Shown piece after piece: positions 28,741-38,249 of a stretch of 64,000 nucleotides of DNA. The DNA is taken from assembly GCA_021785355.1 (NCBI GenBank), contig JAJYFR010000003.1:21509-85508 (forward strand), in the 5' to 3' direction. Origin of the DNA: a bacterium (lineage in GTDB: Bacteria > Patescibacteriota > Dojkabacteria > JAKAPS01 > JAJZLI01). The notes below the pieces were generated by a model that did not search any database, was not told the origin of the DNA, and saw only the letters and a program-made list of their open reading frames with translations. Position 1 is the stretch's first letter; each line of letters opens with the position of its first letter. A program made the translations under genes and the position numbers.

Positions 28741-28788
28741 CGAGTATGCATGACAAATGTCTTTTTACCCCATTTAAAGAACATATCA
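28741..28788 (+). repeat. Right copy of the 48-bp direct repeat.
   Basis: CGAGTATGCATGACAAATGTCTTTTTACCCCATTTAAAGAACATATCA. Confidence 0.8.
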
Positions 28789-29087
28789 AATGGATTATTT
28801 AGATCACACGACAACAACTTCTTGTCCTTAATGAGATATTTAAAAAAATCTATATATTACTTTTTTTTATTTTCTTTTATCAGATTTTCTACATCTAATA
28901 TAGATTGAAATCCGATATCTTCTGCAACTTCTGCTGATATACCGTCGTATTCACCTCCAATTTGATTGGTCCTTATATTATCTAAGAAAACTGATATTAT
29001 ATCTTTTTCTGTAGTATTCATAGTATATGTATATTATATTTCAAATAAATAAAAAAATCTATATATAAGTATATTATCGCAATTTAA

Positions 29088-30134
29088 TTAATACCAATTA
29101 AATTGACATTCATGATTATATGCACTTACAATATCTCCTTGATATCTTACTTTTATATATTCAAATAAGGATTGGATTTGAGAATCCAATGTCCAATATA
29201 CTGTTTGAGATTGAACATTAACTTGTTGTTCACAAGGATCTTGTTGCATTAAACCACAAGCTCCTGATTTAGGATTTATTGCATTAGGATTAAATTTAGA
29301 CTCTATTGATACAATATAATCTAAATAAAAAATTTCCCAAGGACTGTATCCATACTGAGATACAGCTTCTTGATTAATCATATTTTTTATACCATTAGGT
29401 GATAAAGGAGCTACACTAGGAGATGAAGGTATCATATGTTGAACTGCAGATGTTTCTATCTTTGGAGCCGTAGTAATAGGAGGTGTATTTTTTGGTATTG
29501 AAATCTCTCCTTCTTTTTTTTGTGCTATTGAATATAAAACAGGTTTAGCAATTTTATCTATTTGTTGAGATGAACTATTAGATATATAGGATGATTTGTT
29601 ATAAAGATCATCATTTTTCGTAAAATGATAAAAATTATACAAACCTAGAAGAGAGACAATAGAAAGTAATCTTATAGGTGTATCAGATTTATATTTTGAT
29701 ATTTTCTCTCTTTTAAAAAATAGATCCAGATTCTTTTTTATTTTTTTCTTAAGATCTATACTCTGATCTTCTATTAAATGAAAATTATCCTGAAGATATA
29801 AGGATATGATATCTAAATCTCTTGTATCTAAATCATCTATTAATGTTCTGTGAGCTGAAGTTAGTCTCAAAAGTTCTCTTATTATAAAAGCTTCTATTAT
29901 AATTTCTTTTGGCGAAGTTTGATCTTGAATATCTTTAAAATCCTTAACTCTTTTATTTAGTTCTAATAGGCTTATTTCTCTTTTTGATAAATTGGTATTA
30001 TCCTTAGAACCTTCAAATAGAAATAGACCTTCTTCTGATTTCAACCATAAATCATCAATAATAAGTCTTTTATCTAGAGATTCAAAATAAACACCTTTTC
30101 TATACTCCTCTGGAGGTAATATTTTTTCCATCAT
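29088..30134 (-). CDS. Protein with a C-terminal lytic transglycosylase (SLT)-like domain.
   Basis: C-terminal IESKFNPNAINPKSGACGLMQQ matches the SLT family-1 ES...GA.GLMQ signature. N-terminal region with a transmembrane segment. Confidence 0.5.
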   Translation of the reverse strand: MMEKILPPEEYRKGVYFESLDKRLIIDDLWLKSEEGLFLFEGSKDNTNLSKREISLLELNKRVKDFKDIQDQTSPKEIIIEAFIIRELLRLTSAHRTLIDDLDTRDLDIISLYLQDNFHLIEDQSIDLKKKIKKNLDLFFKREKISKYKSDTPIRLLSIVSLLGLYNFYHFTKNDDLYNKSSYISNSSSQQIDKIAKPVLYSIAQKKEGEISIPKNTPPITTAPKIETSAVQHMIPSSPSVAPLSPNGIKNMINQEAVSQYGYSPWEIFYLDYIVSIESKFNPNAINPKSGACGLMQQDPCEQQVNVQSQTVYWTLDSQIQSLFEYIKVRYQGDIVSAYNHECQFNWY

Positions 30135-30376
30135 TGTTTATATATAATAAATATAAAATATGGAACTTTAAAAAATTAAAAAGATAAACTTTTATAAATA
30201 TGAACTAGGAAAAATTATTTTATATCTAAATATTTGAGTACAGAAATTTATTTATGTGCTTAAAAGTTTAAATATAACCTTACCTTTATATTTATTATCT
30301 AATTTAATAAAGATCTATCCTATAATAACATGCGATATGTATATTTGCAAGTTTTACATTATTAATTAAGTATAAT

Positions 30377-30997
30377 TTACAAGGATTTTTCTAATATATC
30401 ACTCCAGGAAAAAACTCTTTCTATTTCATTAGGTAAATTTTTTATACTATGATTCCATGGTCTATCCATTAAAAATGTTTTTATACCTACATTTTGATAA
30501 ACATCTAATACATTATTTACGGAATCATCTATAAATATATCAGCATTTATATTTCTGCAAATTTCTGATTTTTTTCTACTTTTGTCATAAAAATGATTAG
30601 TAAAAAATATATTTTCAAAAGTATCTTCACTAAAATACGAAGAAATATTACCTATTGTAGAATCTTCTATAAAATCAGGTCTTGCTGTAACAATGTAAAG
30701 TTGATATTTATTTCTAAGAGAAAAAATTGCATCAAAAGCACCTTCTATTAATTTAAGTTCTTTATTTGAATTTAAAAATTCTTCTATTCTTCTTATAGAT
30801 TCTTCATGAGTACATCCCCATATCTTAGCTAAATCAAAACTATCTATATCTTCATATTTCAAAGAGGTTCCATATTTTAAATTATGAAATTCTATTAAGC
30901 TTCCATTTAGATCCAGAACTGTATCATCTAAGTCTATAGCCATAACTTTATTAGGCTTATACACTTCTCTATTTGTTAATAATTCTAGATTATTCAT
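30377..30997 (-). CDS. HAD-superfamily hydrolase, 5'(3')-deoxyribonucleotidase-like.
   Basis: HAD motif I AIDLDDTVLDL; later FIDDS. 206 aa. Confidence 0.5.
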   Translation of the reverse strand: MNNLELLTNREVYKPNKVMAIDLDDTVLDLNGSLIEFHNLKYGTSLKYEDIDSFDLAKIWGCTHEESIRRIEEFLNSNKELKLIEGAFDAIFSLRNKYQLYIVTARPDFIEDSTIGNISSYFSEDTFENIFFTNHFYDKSRKKSEICRNINADIFIDDSVNNVLDVYQNVGIKTFLMDRPWNHSIKNLPNEIERVFSWSDILEKSL

Positions 30998-31035
30998 TTT
31001 ATAAAATATGATTATACCATGTAATTTATAAATTT

Positions 31036-31722
31036 TTAAAATCCGAATTTTTCATAATATATTTTATCCTTATTTATATTACATGCTTCTAATAATTTCT
31101 TTGTATCCATAACCATGTGAGGTGCACCACATATATAGAAAGATATATCTTCCTTTTCTTTTTCATTTTCAAGATATTCAATCATAACCCTATTAATTCT
31201 TCCTCTCTCTCCATTCCATAATGTATCTTTATTTGTAATAGAATATATAATATTTATTCCTTCAATATTAATTTGAGGAAACTCATTTTTATCTCTAGCT
31301 CCTAAAAAAAGAATTATATCTTTTTTATCTTTTATATTTTTAATCATTGGTATAAAAGGAGATATACCACTTCCTGTAGCAATAAACCAATTTTTATGAG
31401 TAACTTCATTATTATTATATATAAAATCACCCATTGGTCCTGCAAAAAAAATTTCTTTATTTATATTGAACTCTTTTATACTTCTTCTTCCTATTCCATC
31501 CCCATTAATATTTACAATTATTGAAAATACAGTTTTATTTAATGAGACTTCATATATAGAATAATTCCTAGCAACCACACCTTCAATATATAAAATTATA
31601 TATTGACCAGGAATATATTCAAAAAAATCAGTTTTAAAATCAATTTTCAAAAGATTAGAAGAGATTTTCTCTACATTAATAATTTTAGCTTCTCTCTTTT
31701 TATAAAATAATTTATTAAACAT
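31036..31722 (-). CDS. FNR-like FAD/NAD(P)-binding oxidoreductase domain protein.
   Basis: RNYSIYE (RxYS FAD-binding motif), ATGSGISPF (NAD(P)-binding GxGxxP motif). 228 aa. Confidence 0.6.
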   Translation of the reverse strand: MFNKLFYKKREAKIINVEKISSNLLKIDFKTDFFEYIPGQYIILYIEGVVARNYSIYEVSLNKTVFSIIVNINGDGIGRRSIKEFNINKEIFFAGPMGDFIYNNNEVTHKNWFIATGSGISPFIPMIKNIKDKKDIILFLGARDKNEFPQINIEGINIIYSITNKDTLWNGERGRINRVMIEYLENEKEKEDISFYICGAPHMVMDTKKLLEACNINKDKIYYEKFGF

Positions 31723-32170
31723 GGAGTATTCTTACAACTGCTATAAAAAAAGAATAATGGAATATCAAAACTCCTAAAAACATATGAATAAATACAAATA
31801 ATAAAGATATAAAACCTAAAATATAGTGTATTTTAGATGAAGGTAATTGATACTTTTTAAATGGTTCTATATTGTAATACTTTATAATTCCAGTTATAAA
31901 AGCAAATAAAAAGAAAATAAAAGCTATTAGACCTGCCCAATAATCAAGATTATAGAATTCAAATGTAGATAGAGCTAAAGATACATGCACTATAACCATT
32001 ATAATAGTAGACCATCCTAAATAGGGATGTATTCTATTTAAAAACACTTGATATCTAACCCATATTTTTAAATTATATTTTATTATAATTGCAGTTATAA
32101 TAAGCAAAGCCAGTAAAAAAACTGCTAAAATTCCAGTTACGGCTATATATGTAAATATACCAAAATTCAT
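31715..32170 (-). CDS. Ferric-reductase-like transmembrane (heme b-binding) domain protein, the partner of the FNR-like gene.
   Basis: 151 aa, four transmembrane helices with conserved His pairs (VHVSLAL..., HYILGF..., FIHMFLG). Overlaps the start of the FNR-like gene (a split NOX/FRE architecture). Confidence 0.45.
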   Translation of the reverse strand: MNFGIFTYIAVTGILAVFLLALLIITAIIIKYNLKIWVRYQVFLNRIHPYLGWSTIIMVIVHVSLALSTFEFYNLDYWAGLIAFIFFLFAFITGIIKYYNIEPFKKYQLPSSKIHYILGFISLLFVFIHMFLGVLIFHYSFFIAVVRILHV

Positions 32171-32286
32171 TTTTTTATATAGAGATATTATTAGACTAGA
32201 GTCTTGGATAAGATTACATAAGTATTATTAAAATTAAATTAAAAATTTAATCTATTAATAATTTGTGATACAATCACCTATTAATT

Positions 32287-32616
32287 ATGAAACTAGAAAG
32301 AGATAATAGTTTAGAAGAGAATATAGATATCTTAAGTCTTATAGGATTTAAATATGCGCAAAAGTTTGAAGAAGAGACACATTCTTCTCTAACAAGTTTG
32401 ATAGATAAATTAATTGAATTAAGAAAAATACAAAATAAAGAACTTCCTCCTTTACATTTACTTTTGCCTATAAATCAAGAAAGATTTGAAGATATCTGTA
32501 GAGTAATGAATTCACTATATTTAGAAGATGAAGAAAAAGAAGAAATTGACTATGCTATTAACACTCTTTCTACATCTTATGGATATGATGTACCTATAAA
32601 AATTACTTCAGAGTAA
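32287..32616 (+). CDS. Hypothetical acidic protein.
   Basis: 109-aa ORF convergent with the MarR gene; no motif. Confidence 0.3.
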   Translation: MKLERDNSLEENIDILSLIGFKYAQKFEEETHSSLTSLIDKLIELRKIQNKELPPLHLLLPINQERFEDICRVMNSLYLEDEEKEEIDYAINTLSTSYGYDVPIKITSE

Positions 32617-33019
32617 TTTTCTTCAAAATATTAGTTACTGACGCCAAAGATTCTTCTAATATAATTTTATCCTCATCTTTTAGAGAAGATATTTTATCTT
32701 TCATTTCTTCTCTCATTAATTTAGCAATTTCTTTAAATTGAGAATCTCCTTTATCTGTAATTGATATAATTTTTTCTCTTTTATCTTCACCTTCTTGTCT
32801 TTTTATAAAACCTTTAGCTTCTAATTTGTCTAAAGCTTCTGTAACAGAAGGAGCAGATATATTCATTTTTTTTGCAATATCTATAACTCTAGATTCTTTA
32901 TTTTCTTTTATTATTCTAAGAAGCATAGCAGAAGATATAAAATTATTACCATAAATAAAATGAGATTTCATTTCCATTACAAGATCTATAATTTTATTTT
33001 CAATATTATTCGTTTTCAT
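32603..33019 (-). CDS. MarR-family transcriptional regulator.
   Basis: Winged HTH region ISAPSVTEALDKLEAKGFIKRQEGEDKREKIISITDKG. 138 aa. Overlaps the upstream MFS gene. Confidence 0.8.
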   Translation of the reverse strand: MKTNNIENKIIDLVMEMKSHFIYGNNFISSAMLLRIIKENKESRVIDIAKKMNISAPSVTEALDKLEAKGFIKRQEGEDKREKIISITDKGDSQFKEIAKLMREEMKDKISSLKDEDKIILEESLASVTNILKKITLK

Positions 33020-34577
33020 GTTTATGTGAAGTCCTTAAAGGAATTTCTTTTATAAAAAATGCGAAGATAATAGAGACCAGTAAAATGGCAGCAGCAAAAA
33101 TCATAATATAACTAATAGATTCTGTTAAAGATACATAAATAGCATGAGTTATTTCATTAACATATTTTATTAAAAAACTAGGTATATTTTTAGTAGATAT
33201 ATCTGTTGAAAAAGAAGAAGATGTTGAATTAAAAGAATTTTTTATAGTATCATATTTTGAAGATAGTACTAAAGGAAGATTACCAGGTTTATTAGCTGAT
33301 ATTCTAGAAATTAGAGTATTATTCAGAACGGCACCCATAGCAGCAAGACCAATAGCACCTGCTATATTTCTAAAAAATTGTAAAGTTCCTGTTACCACTC
33401 CAACTTCAGAAGAATTAAAGAAATTTTGAGCAACTATCGTCAAAACAGGAAGAAGAACACCTAAACCTGCACCTGTTATAAACATATATACATTTAAATC
33501 AAAAAGATTAGTATTATATTTAATAGTAGAGATTAGAAAAAATCCAAAACTTGCAAAAATAATACCTAAAAGTATCATTAACTTATATTTTCCAAATTTT
33601 GTAAGTAATTGACCTCCTACAATAGAAGTTGTTATCAAACCTGCTACTAGAGATACCAAATATAATCCTGATACTGTAGGTGAAATACCTCTTACATATT
33701 GGAAATAAATTGGAAGAAAAACAATTGCTCCTAAGAATGAAAATGAAGTTAGAAATGCCACTATATTTATATATATAAATGATTTATTTTTAAATAAAGA
33801 TAAAGGTAATAATGGATAGGTTATACTTTTCTGTCTCCATATAAATATAATTAGAAATATTATAAATGTTACAAGAAGTGAATATTCCTGATAAGAATTC
33901 CAAGGAAACAGAGATCCTCCAAAAATTAATGCAGATATTAATGCAACAGTGAATATTGAGAAAAATAATATTCCGGAATAATCTATTTTTTCTTTTTTAT
34001 CCATTTTTATTACAGGATACTCAGTTGCTATTAAAAAGAAAGCAAGAATACCTATTGGAACATTAACATAAAAAATCCAATTCCATGAAATTGCAGTAGT
34101 AAGATATCCTCCGATCAAGGGACCTACAACAGCAGCAATTCCAAAACTAGAAGATATTATTCCTTGCCATTTTCCTCTTTCTCTTGGAGTAAATAAATCT
34201 CCAACAGATGCAAATGCTAATGAAGTTAAAGCTCCACCTCCTATACCTTGTACAGCTCTAAAAATAATTAACTGAATTATATTATGAGATAAACCTGACA
34301 GAGCAGAACCAACAACAAATATTGTTATACCAATAAGATAAAACAACTTTCTTCCATATAAATCAGAAAGTCTACCTACTACCAAAATAGATATAGTAGA
34401 CGTAAGAATATATGATGCATATACCCAAGTTAAAAGATTAAAACCTCCTAGATCTTTGAGTATTGTAGGTAATGCAGTTGCTACGATTGTTTGATCCAAA
34501 GAAGACATAAACATAGATAACAATATTGCTATCATTAAAAATGCTAATCTTCCAGGTTTTATATGGTCTTTCATCAT
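33006..34577 (-). CDS. MFS transporter, DHA2 (EmrB/QacA-like, 14-TMS) family.
   Basis: 523 aa, multi-pass. MFS motif GRLSDLYGRK. Linked to MarR. Confidence 0.8.
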   Translation of the reverse strand: MMKDHIKPGRLAFLMIAILLSMFMSSLDQTIVATALPTILKDLGGFNLLTWVYASYILTSTISILVVGRLSDLYGRKLFYLIGITIFVVGSALSGLSHNIIQLIIFRAVQGIGGGALTSLAFASVGDLFTPRERGKWQGIISSSFGIAAVVGPLIGGYLTTAISWNWIFYVNVPIGILAFFLIATEYPVIKMDKKEKIDYSGILFFSIFTVALISALIFGGSLFPWNSYQEYSLLVTFIIFLIIFIWRQKSITYPLLPLSLFKNKSFIYINIVAFLTSFSFLGAIVFLPIYFQYVRGISPTVSGLYLVSLVAGLITTSIVGGQLLTKFGKYKLMILLGIIFASFGFFLISTIKYNTNLFDLNVYMFITGAGLGVLLPVLTIVAQNFFNSSEVGVVTGTLQFFRNIAGAIGLAAMGAVLNNTLISRISANKPGNLPLVLSSKYDTIKNSFNSTSSSFSTDISTKNIPSFLIKYVNEITHAIYVSLTESISYIMIFAAAILLVSIIFAFFIKEIPLRTSHKHENE

Positions 34578-34651
34578 AATATTAAAATGTGATTAAGTAA
34601 AATACCTAATAATTAGGTAACCTTAATATATTAGCACATATTTTTTATATG

Positions 34652-35332
34652 TCAACTAATATTTTTTAGAATTAATTGATAAGCTTCATTTACTTCTTTA
34701 AATTTAGTATCATCTTTGTTTTGGGTGAAATCAGGATGCAGTAATCTAGCCTTCTCCTTAAACGATTTTCTTACATCTGATAATTTTGCATTTTTTGAAA
34801 GACCTAATAGTTTATATGCATAATTTAAATCACTTTTATCTTCTGTTTTTGATTTATTTGATTGATCTTGTTCAAAATTTTTAAATGAATTATATAAATT
34901 AAATATCACTTCATTTGAAAGGTTATATCTAGTTTTAATTGTTTTTTGAAATTCTTCAAAACTAGAAGTTCTTTGATATATATTAATTATAGTCTCATAA
35001 TTATCAATTATTATTTCTTCCATTCTAGAATTCTTATTAATAATTCCTCTAATTTTAAACACGTATTGAAATAAATCTTTTAGAAAATTTAACCCTCCTA
35101 TAAAAAAAGCTATTGTTATATAAATAAAATCTTGTGTAAAAAAGGATGCCCATCCTCCAATTGTCAAAATTAAAGAACTATAGAATAAATGTTCTAGAAG
35201 TACAGTTCTATACTTTTCTGAATTGAGTTTAGATTCTTTTTTAGGAGAAAGATATAGTATTAGAGATATAAAACTAGGTACAAGTGCTAAAGCTAGATAT
35301 ATTAAAAAGTTATATGTTTGTTGAGACAACAT
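34652..35332 (-). CDS. Membrane-anchored J-domain (DnaJ-like) protein.
   Basis: N-terminal transmembrane helices. C-terminal J domain YKLLGLSKNAKLSDVRKSFKEKARLLHPD with the HPD motif. Confidence 0.65.
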   Translation of the reverse strand: MLSQQTYNFLIYLALALVPSFISLILYLSPKKESKLNSEKYRTVLLEHLFYSSLILTIGGWASFFTQDFIYITIAFFIGGLNFLKDLFQYVFKIRGIINKNSRMEEIIIDNYETIINIYQRTSSFEEFQKTIKTRYNLSNEVIFNLYNSFKNFEQDQSNKSKTEDKSDLNYAYKLLGLSKNAKLSDVRKSFKEKARLLHPDFTQNKDDTKFKEVNEAYQLILKNIS

Positions 35333-35514
35333 AATTATATACTTTGACCATAGGGCCTTACTAATATTTCATATATACCAACATTTTTTTGTTGATTTAT
35401 AACAACACTATAATTTTCTTTTTCTATTTTATCTAAGCCACCTGTTATTAAAAAGATTTTTTTAACCATATTTTATATATTATAAACCATTGGTTATTAA
35501 AAACATATTAATTT

Positions 35515-37908
35515 TTATTTTACAAATTTCCAATCAGTAATTTCTTCTGGATCTTTACCATATTTATTAATATAATCTCTATGCCAATTAATTATATCTA
35601 TATATTTTTTCTTTACATCATCTATTTTGGAGACATCATACTTGTTCCTTACAAGATCCAACGCCATCATTGCAATATGAAATCTAGATGTCTTATTTCT
35701 AATATACATATCAAAAGGAGTAGTAGTGGTTCCTTCTTCAATATAACCATTAATTATAAATCTAGAAGTGTCACCTCTATCAAATAAAAGCTGTTTTATA
35801 GCAGAAGGATATCCTATATAACTTATAATAACAGGCTTATCTTTTGTGAAATATGATATAAAATCTTTATTTGATAACCCCAAAGAAAATTCTTCAGGAG
35901 TTTCTAAAACCATTAAATTCGAAACATTTAATATTCTAAACTTTATTTCAGAAAAATCTTCTTTTAATAAAGATGAAGCAGCTAAAACTTCCTCTGTTGC
36001 ATAATCACCCATTCCAACAATAACCACATCACAATCATCACCAGAAGAAGATGCCCAATCCCAATAAGCAATACCTTTACTCATTAATTCCTTAGCCTCT
36101 TGTTGTTCTAAAAGTAAAGGTCTTTCGTCTTTTCCTGCAACAACTATATTTATTTTGTTCTTCTCTTCTAAACACATTTTCATGGTATATAAAAGTGAAT
36201 TAGGATCAGGTGGTAAATATACATTCAAAAGATCACTCTTTTTGTTTAACATATTATTTATAAAACCAGGAGATTGATGAGAGTATCCATTATGTTCTTG
36301 CCTCCAACTCAAAGATGTAAGTAAATAATTTAAAGATGAAACAGGTTTTCTCCAAGGAATCTCTAGTGATACTTTCAAAAATTTAGAGTATTGATTCATC
36401 ATGCTATCTACTATTGGTAAAAATGCTTCATAACTAGGGAATAATGCATGTCTACCTGTCAGAACATAACCTTCCATCCATCCTTGACAGATATGCTCAG
36501 ATAGTATTTCCATAACTCTTCCTTCTGGAGCAATAAAATCATCGTATTTAGAGTGAGGCCATAAATATTGTCTCTCAGTCACTTCAAATACAGCTTCCAA
36601 TTTATTTGAAATTAATTCATCAGGAGAAAATATTCTAAAATTTCTCTTTTCTTCATTTTTAGAAATAACATCTCTCAAATACTGACCTACCCTCTCCATT
36701 CCACTTGATCTTACAGAACATCTACTCTCTAAATCAAATGAATATCCATCAATACTAGGTAAAGACAAAGATATTCTAACTTCTCCACCCAAAGAATGAA
36801 TGTTTGTTCCCATTCTTCTATCTCCCTTAGGTATAATTGAAAATAACTCATTAATCATGGTTTTATCTTCATTTAATAATTCTCCAATATTATAAGAAGA
36901 AAGCCAATCTTGTACTAATCTTAAATGATTTTTATTTGTCTTTACATCTACTGCAGGAACTTGATGAGCTCTGAATGAACCTTCAATTTTCTTACCATCC
37001 ATTTCTTTTATTCCTCCCATACCTTTTGGAGTCTTAAGTACTATTAATGGCCATCTAAAAGGACCATACATATTTGTAGATCTAGCAGAACTTTGTATAC
37101 TTCTGATTTGGTTATATGCCCACTCCATAGCAGAAAATAAATCTGCATTTATATCTGTATCTTGAGCTATATGCACATCATATCCTAATCCTTCGAAATA
37201 AGAGATTATCTCAGAATTACTCATTGTGCCAAATAAAGTAGGATTTGATATCTTATACCCATTCAAATGTAGAATAGGTAAAACTGCTCCATCATAAACA
37301 GGATTAATAAATTTATTACTTTGCCAAGAAGCAGATAAAGGTCCAGTTTCTGCTTCACCATCTCCTATTATACATGCAGTGATAAGATTAGGATTATCTA
37401 GTATTGAACCATAAGCAATAGATAAAGAATATCCTAGTTCTCCACCTTCTGATATTACACCAGGTAGTGAAGGATCTAAATGAGAAGGAAATCCTCCTGG
37501 CCAACTAAACTCTTTAATTAGATATTTAATACCCTTCTCATCCATTGTAAGATTAGGAAAATATTCACTCAATGTTCCTTCAAGATATAAATTAGCCCTA
37601 TTAGCTGGAGATCCATGACCCGGTCCTGTAACCAACATCATATTCAAATCATATTCAACTATCAATCTATTTAAATGAGCATAAATAAGGTTTATTCCTG
37701 GATCTGTCCCCCAATGTCCTAATAGTCTTTCCTTTATATCAGAGGGTATAAGTTCTCTTTCTAAAAAAAAATTATCCTTCAGATATAACTGTGCTGCAGA
37801 AAGGTAATTCGTTAATCTTAAATATTTTTCAATTAAATCTAATATATCACTATTTCTACTTCTAGTATCTCTTGTACTTTCTGGTCTTATTATTACTTCT
37901 TTTATCAT
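35515..37908 (-). CDS. xfp: Xylulose-5-phosphate / fructose-6-phosphate phosphoketolase.
   Basis: 797 aa. Signature EGGELGYSLSIAYG and GDGEAETGPL (thiamine-diphosphate-binding). Confidence 0.9.
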   Translation of the reverse strand: MIKEVIIRPESTRDTRSRNSDILDLIEKYLRLTNYLSAAQLYLKDNFFLERELIPSDIKERLLGHWGTDPGINLIYAHLNRLIVEYDLNMMLVTGPGHGSPANRANLYLEGTLSEYFPNLTMDEKGIKYLIKEFSWPGGFPSHLDPSLPGVISEGGELGYSLSIAYGSILDNPNLITACIIGDGEAETGPLSASWQSNKFINPVYDGAVLPILHLNGYKISNPTLFGTMSNSEIISYFEGLGYDVHIAQDTDINADLFSAMEWAYNQIRSIQSSARSTNMYGPFRWPLIVLKTPKGMGGIKEMDGKKIEGSFRAHQVPAVDVKTNKNHLRLVQDWLSSYNIGELLNEDKTMINELFSIIPKGDRRMGTNIHSLGGEVRISLSLPSIDGYSFDLESRCSVRSSGMERVGQYLRDVISKNEEKRNFRIFSPDELISNKLEAVFEVTERQYLWPHSKYDDFIAPEGRVMEILSEHICQGWMEGYVLTGRHALFPSYEAFLPIVDSMMNQYSKFLKVSLEIPWRKPVSSLNYLLTSLSWRQEHNGYSHQSPGFINNMLNKKSDLLNVYLPPDPNSLLYTMKMCLEEKNKINIVVAGKDERPLLLEQQEAKELMSKGIAYWDWASSSGDDCDVVIVGMGDYATEEVLAASSLLKEDFSEIKFRILNVSNLMVLETPEEFSLGLSNKDFISYFTKDKPVIISYIGYPSAIKQLLFDRGDTSRFIINGYIEEGTTTTPFDMYIRNKTSRFHIAMMALDLVRNKYDVSKIDDVKKKYIDIINWHRDYINKYGKDPEEITDWKFVK

Positions 37909-38249
37909 TCTTTTATCCTTATAAAATAAAATATAGAATTTTCTAGAGCTTCAATTTTATGCATCTCTCCTGCATTAAGTAAAATCACATCGTTTTTTTC
38001 ATACTCTTTTACATGATCCTCATCTTTATATTTAACATATCCTTTACCTTCTATAACCAAAGCTATTTCATCTGAACTTTCATGTTTATGCCAATCAAAA
38101 AAATTTCCTTTTAAAAGGTAATCTTTATTTAATATATCAAAATGTGGGTTATCAATATCTTTATTTGTAATAATTTCTCTTTTTCTTCCCTCTCCTCCAT
38201 GGGCAGGACTAAATTCAATATCTTTTATCTTTCTTATAATTATACACAT
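37905..38249 (-). CDS. Cupin domain protein.
   Basis: 114 aa. Cupin His/Glu pattern (HKHESSDEIALVIEG...GEMHKIEA). Overlaps both neighbouring genes. Confidence 0.45.
   Translation of the reverse strand: MCIIIRKIKDIEFSPAHGGEGRKREIITNKDIDNPHFDILNKDYLLKGNFFDWHKHESSDEIALVIEGKGYVKYKDEDHVKEYEKNDVILLNAGEMHKIEALENSIFYFIRIKE

Larger units (their letters stand above)
25239..28788. mobile_element. Direct-repeat-bounded 3.5-kb cassette adjacent to tRNA-Pro. It looks like an integrase-less integrated islet.
   Basis: Bounded by the two 48-bp repeats, the left one abutting the tRNA 3' end. Contains three co-oriented genes (ATP-grasp, C39-like peptidase, ATP-grasp) and no recombinase. Confidence 0.4.

Noticed and set aside
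28572-28817. 81-aa ORF on the minus strand spanning the right-hand 48-bp direct repeat.
   Set aside because: Its central residues (FFKWGKKTFVMHTR) are simply the translation of the repeat. The left-hand repeat copy gives an equivalent non-genic reading into tRNA-Pro. It is most likely spurious.
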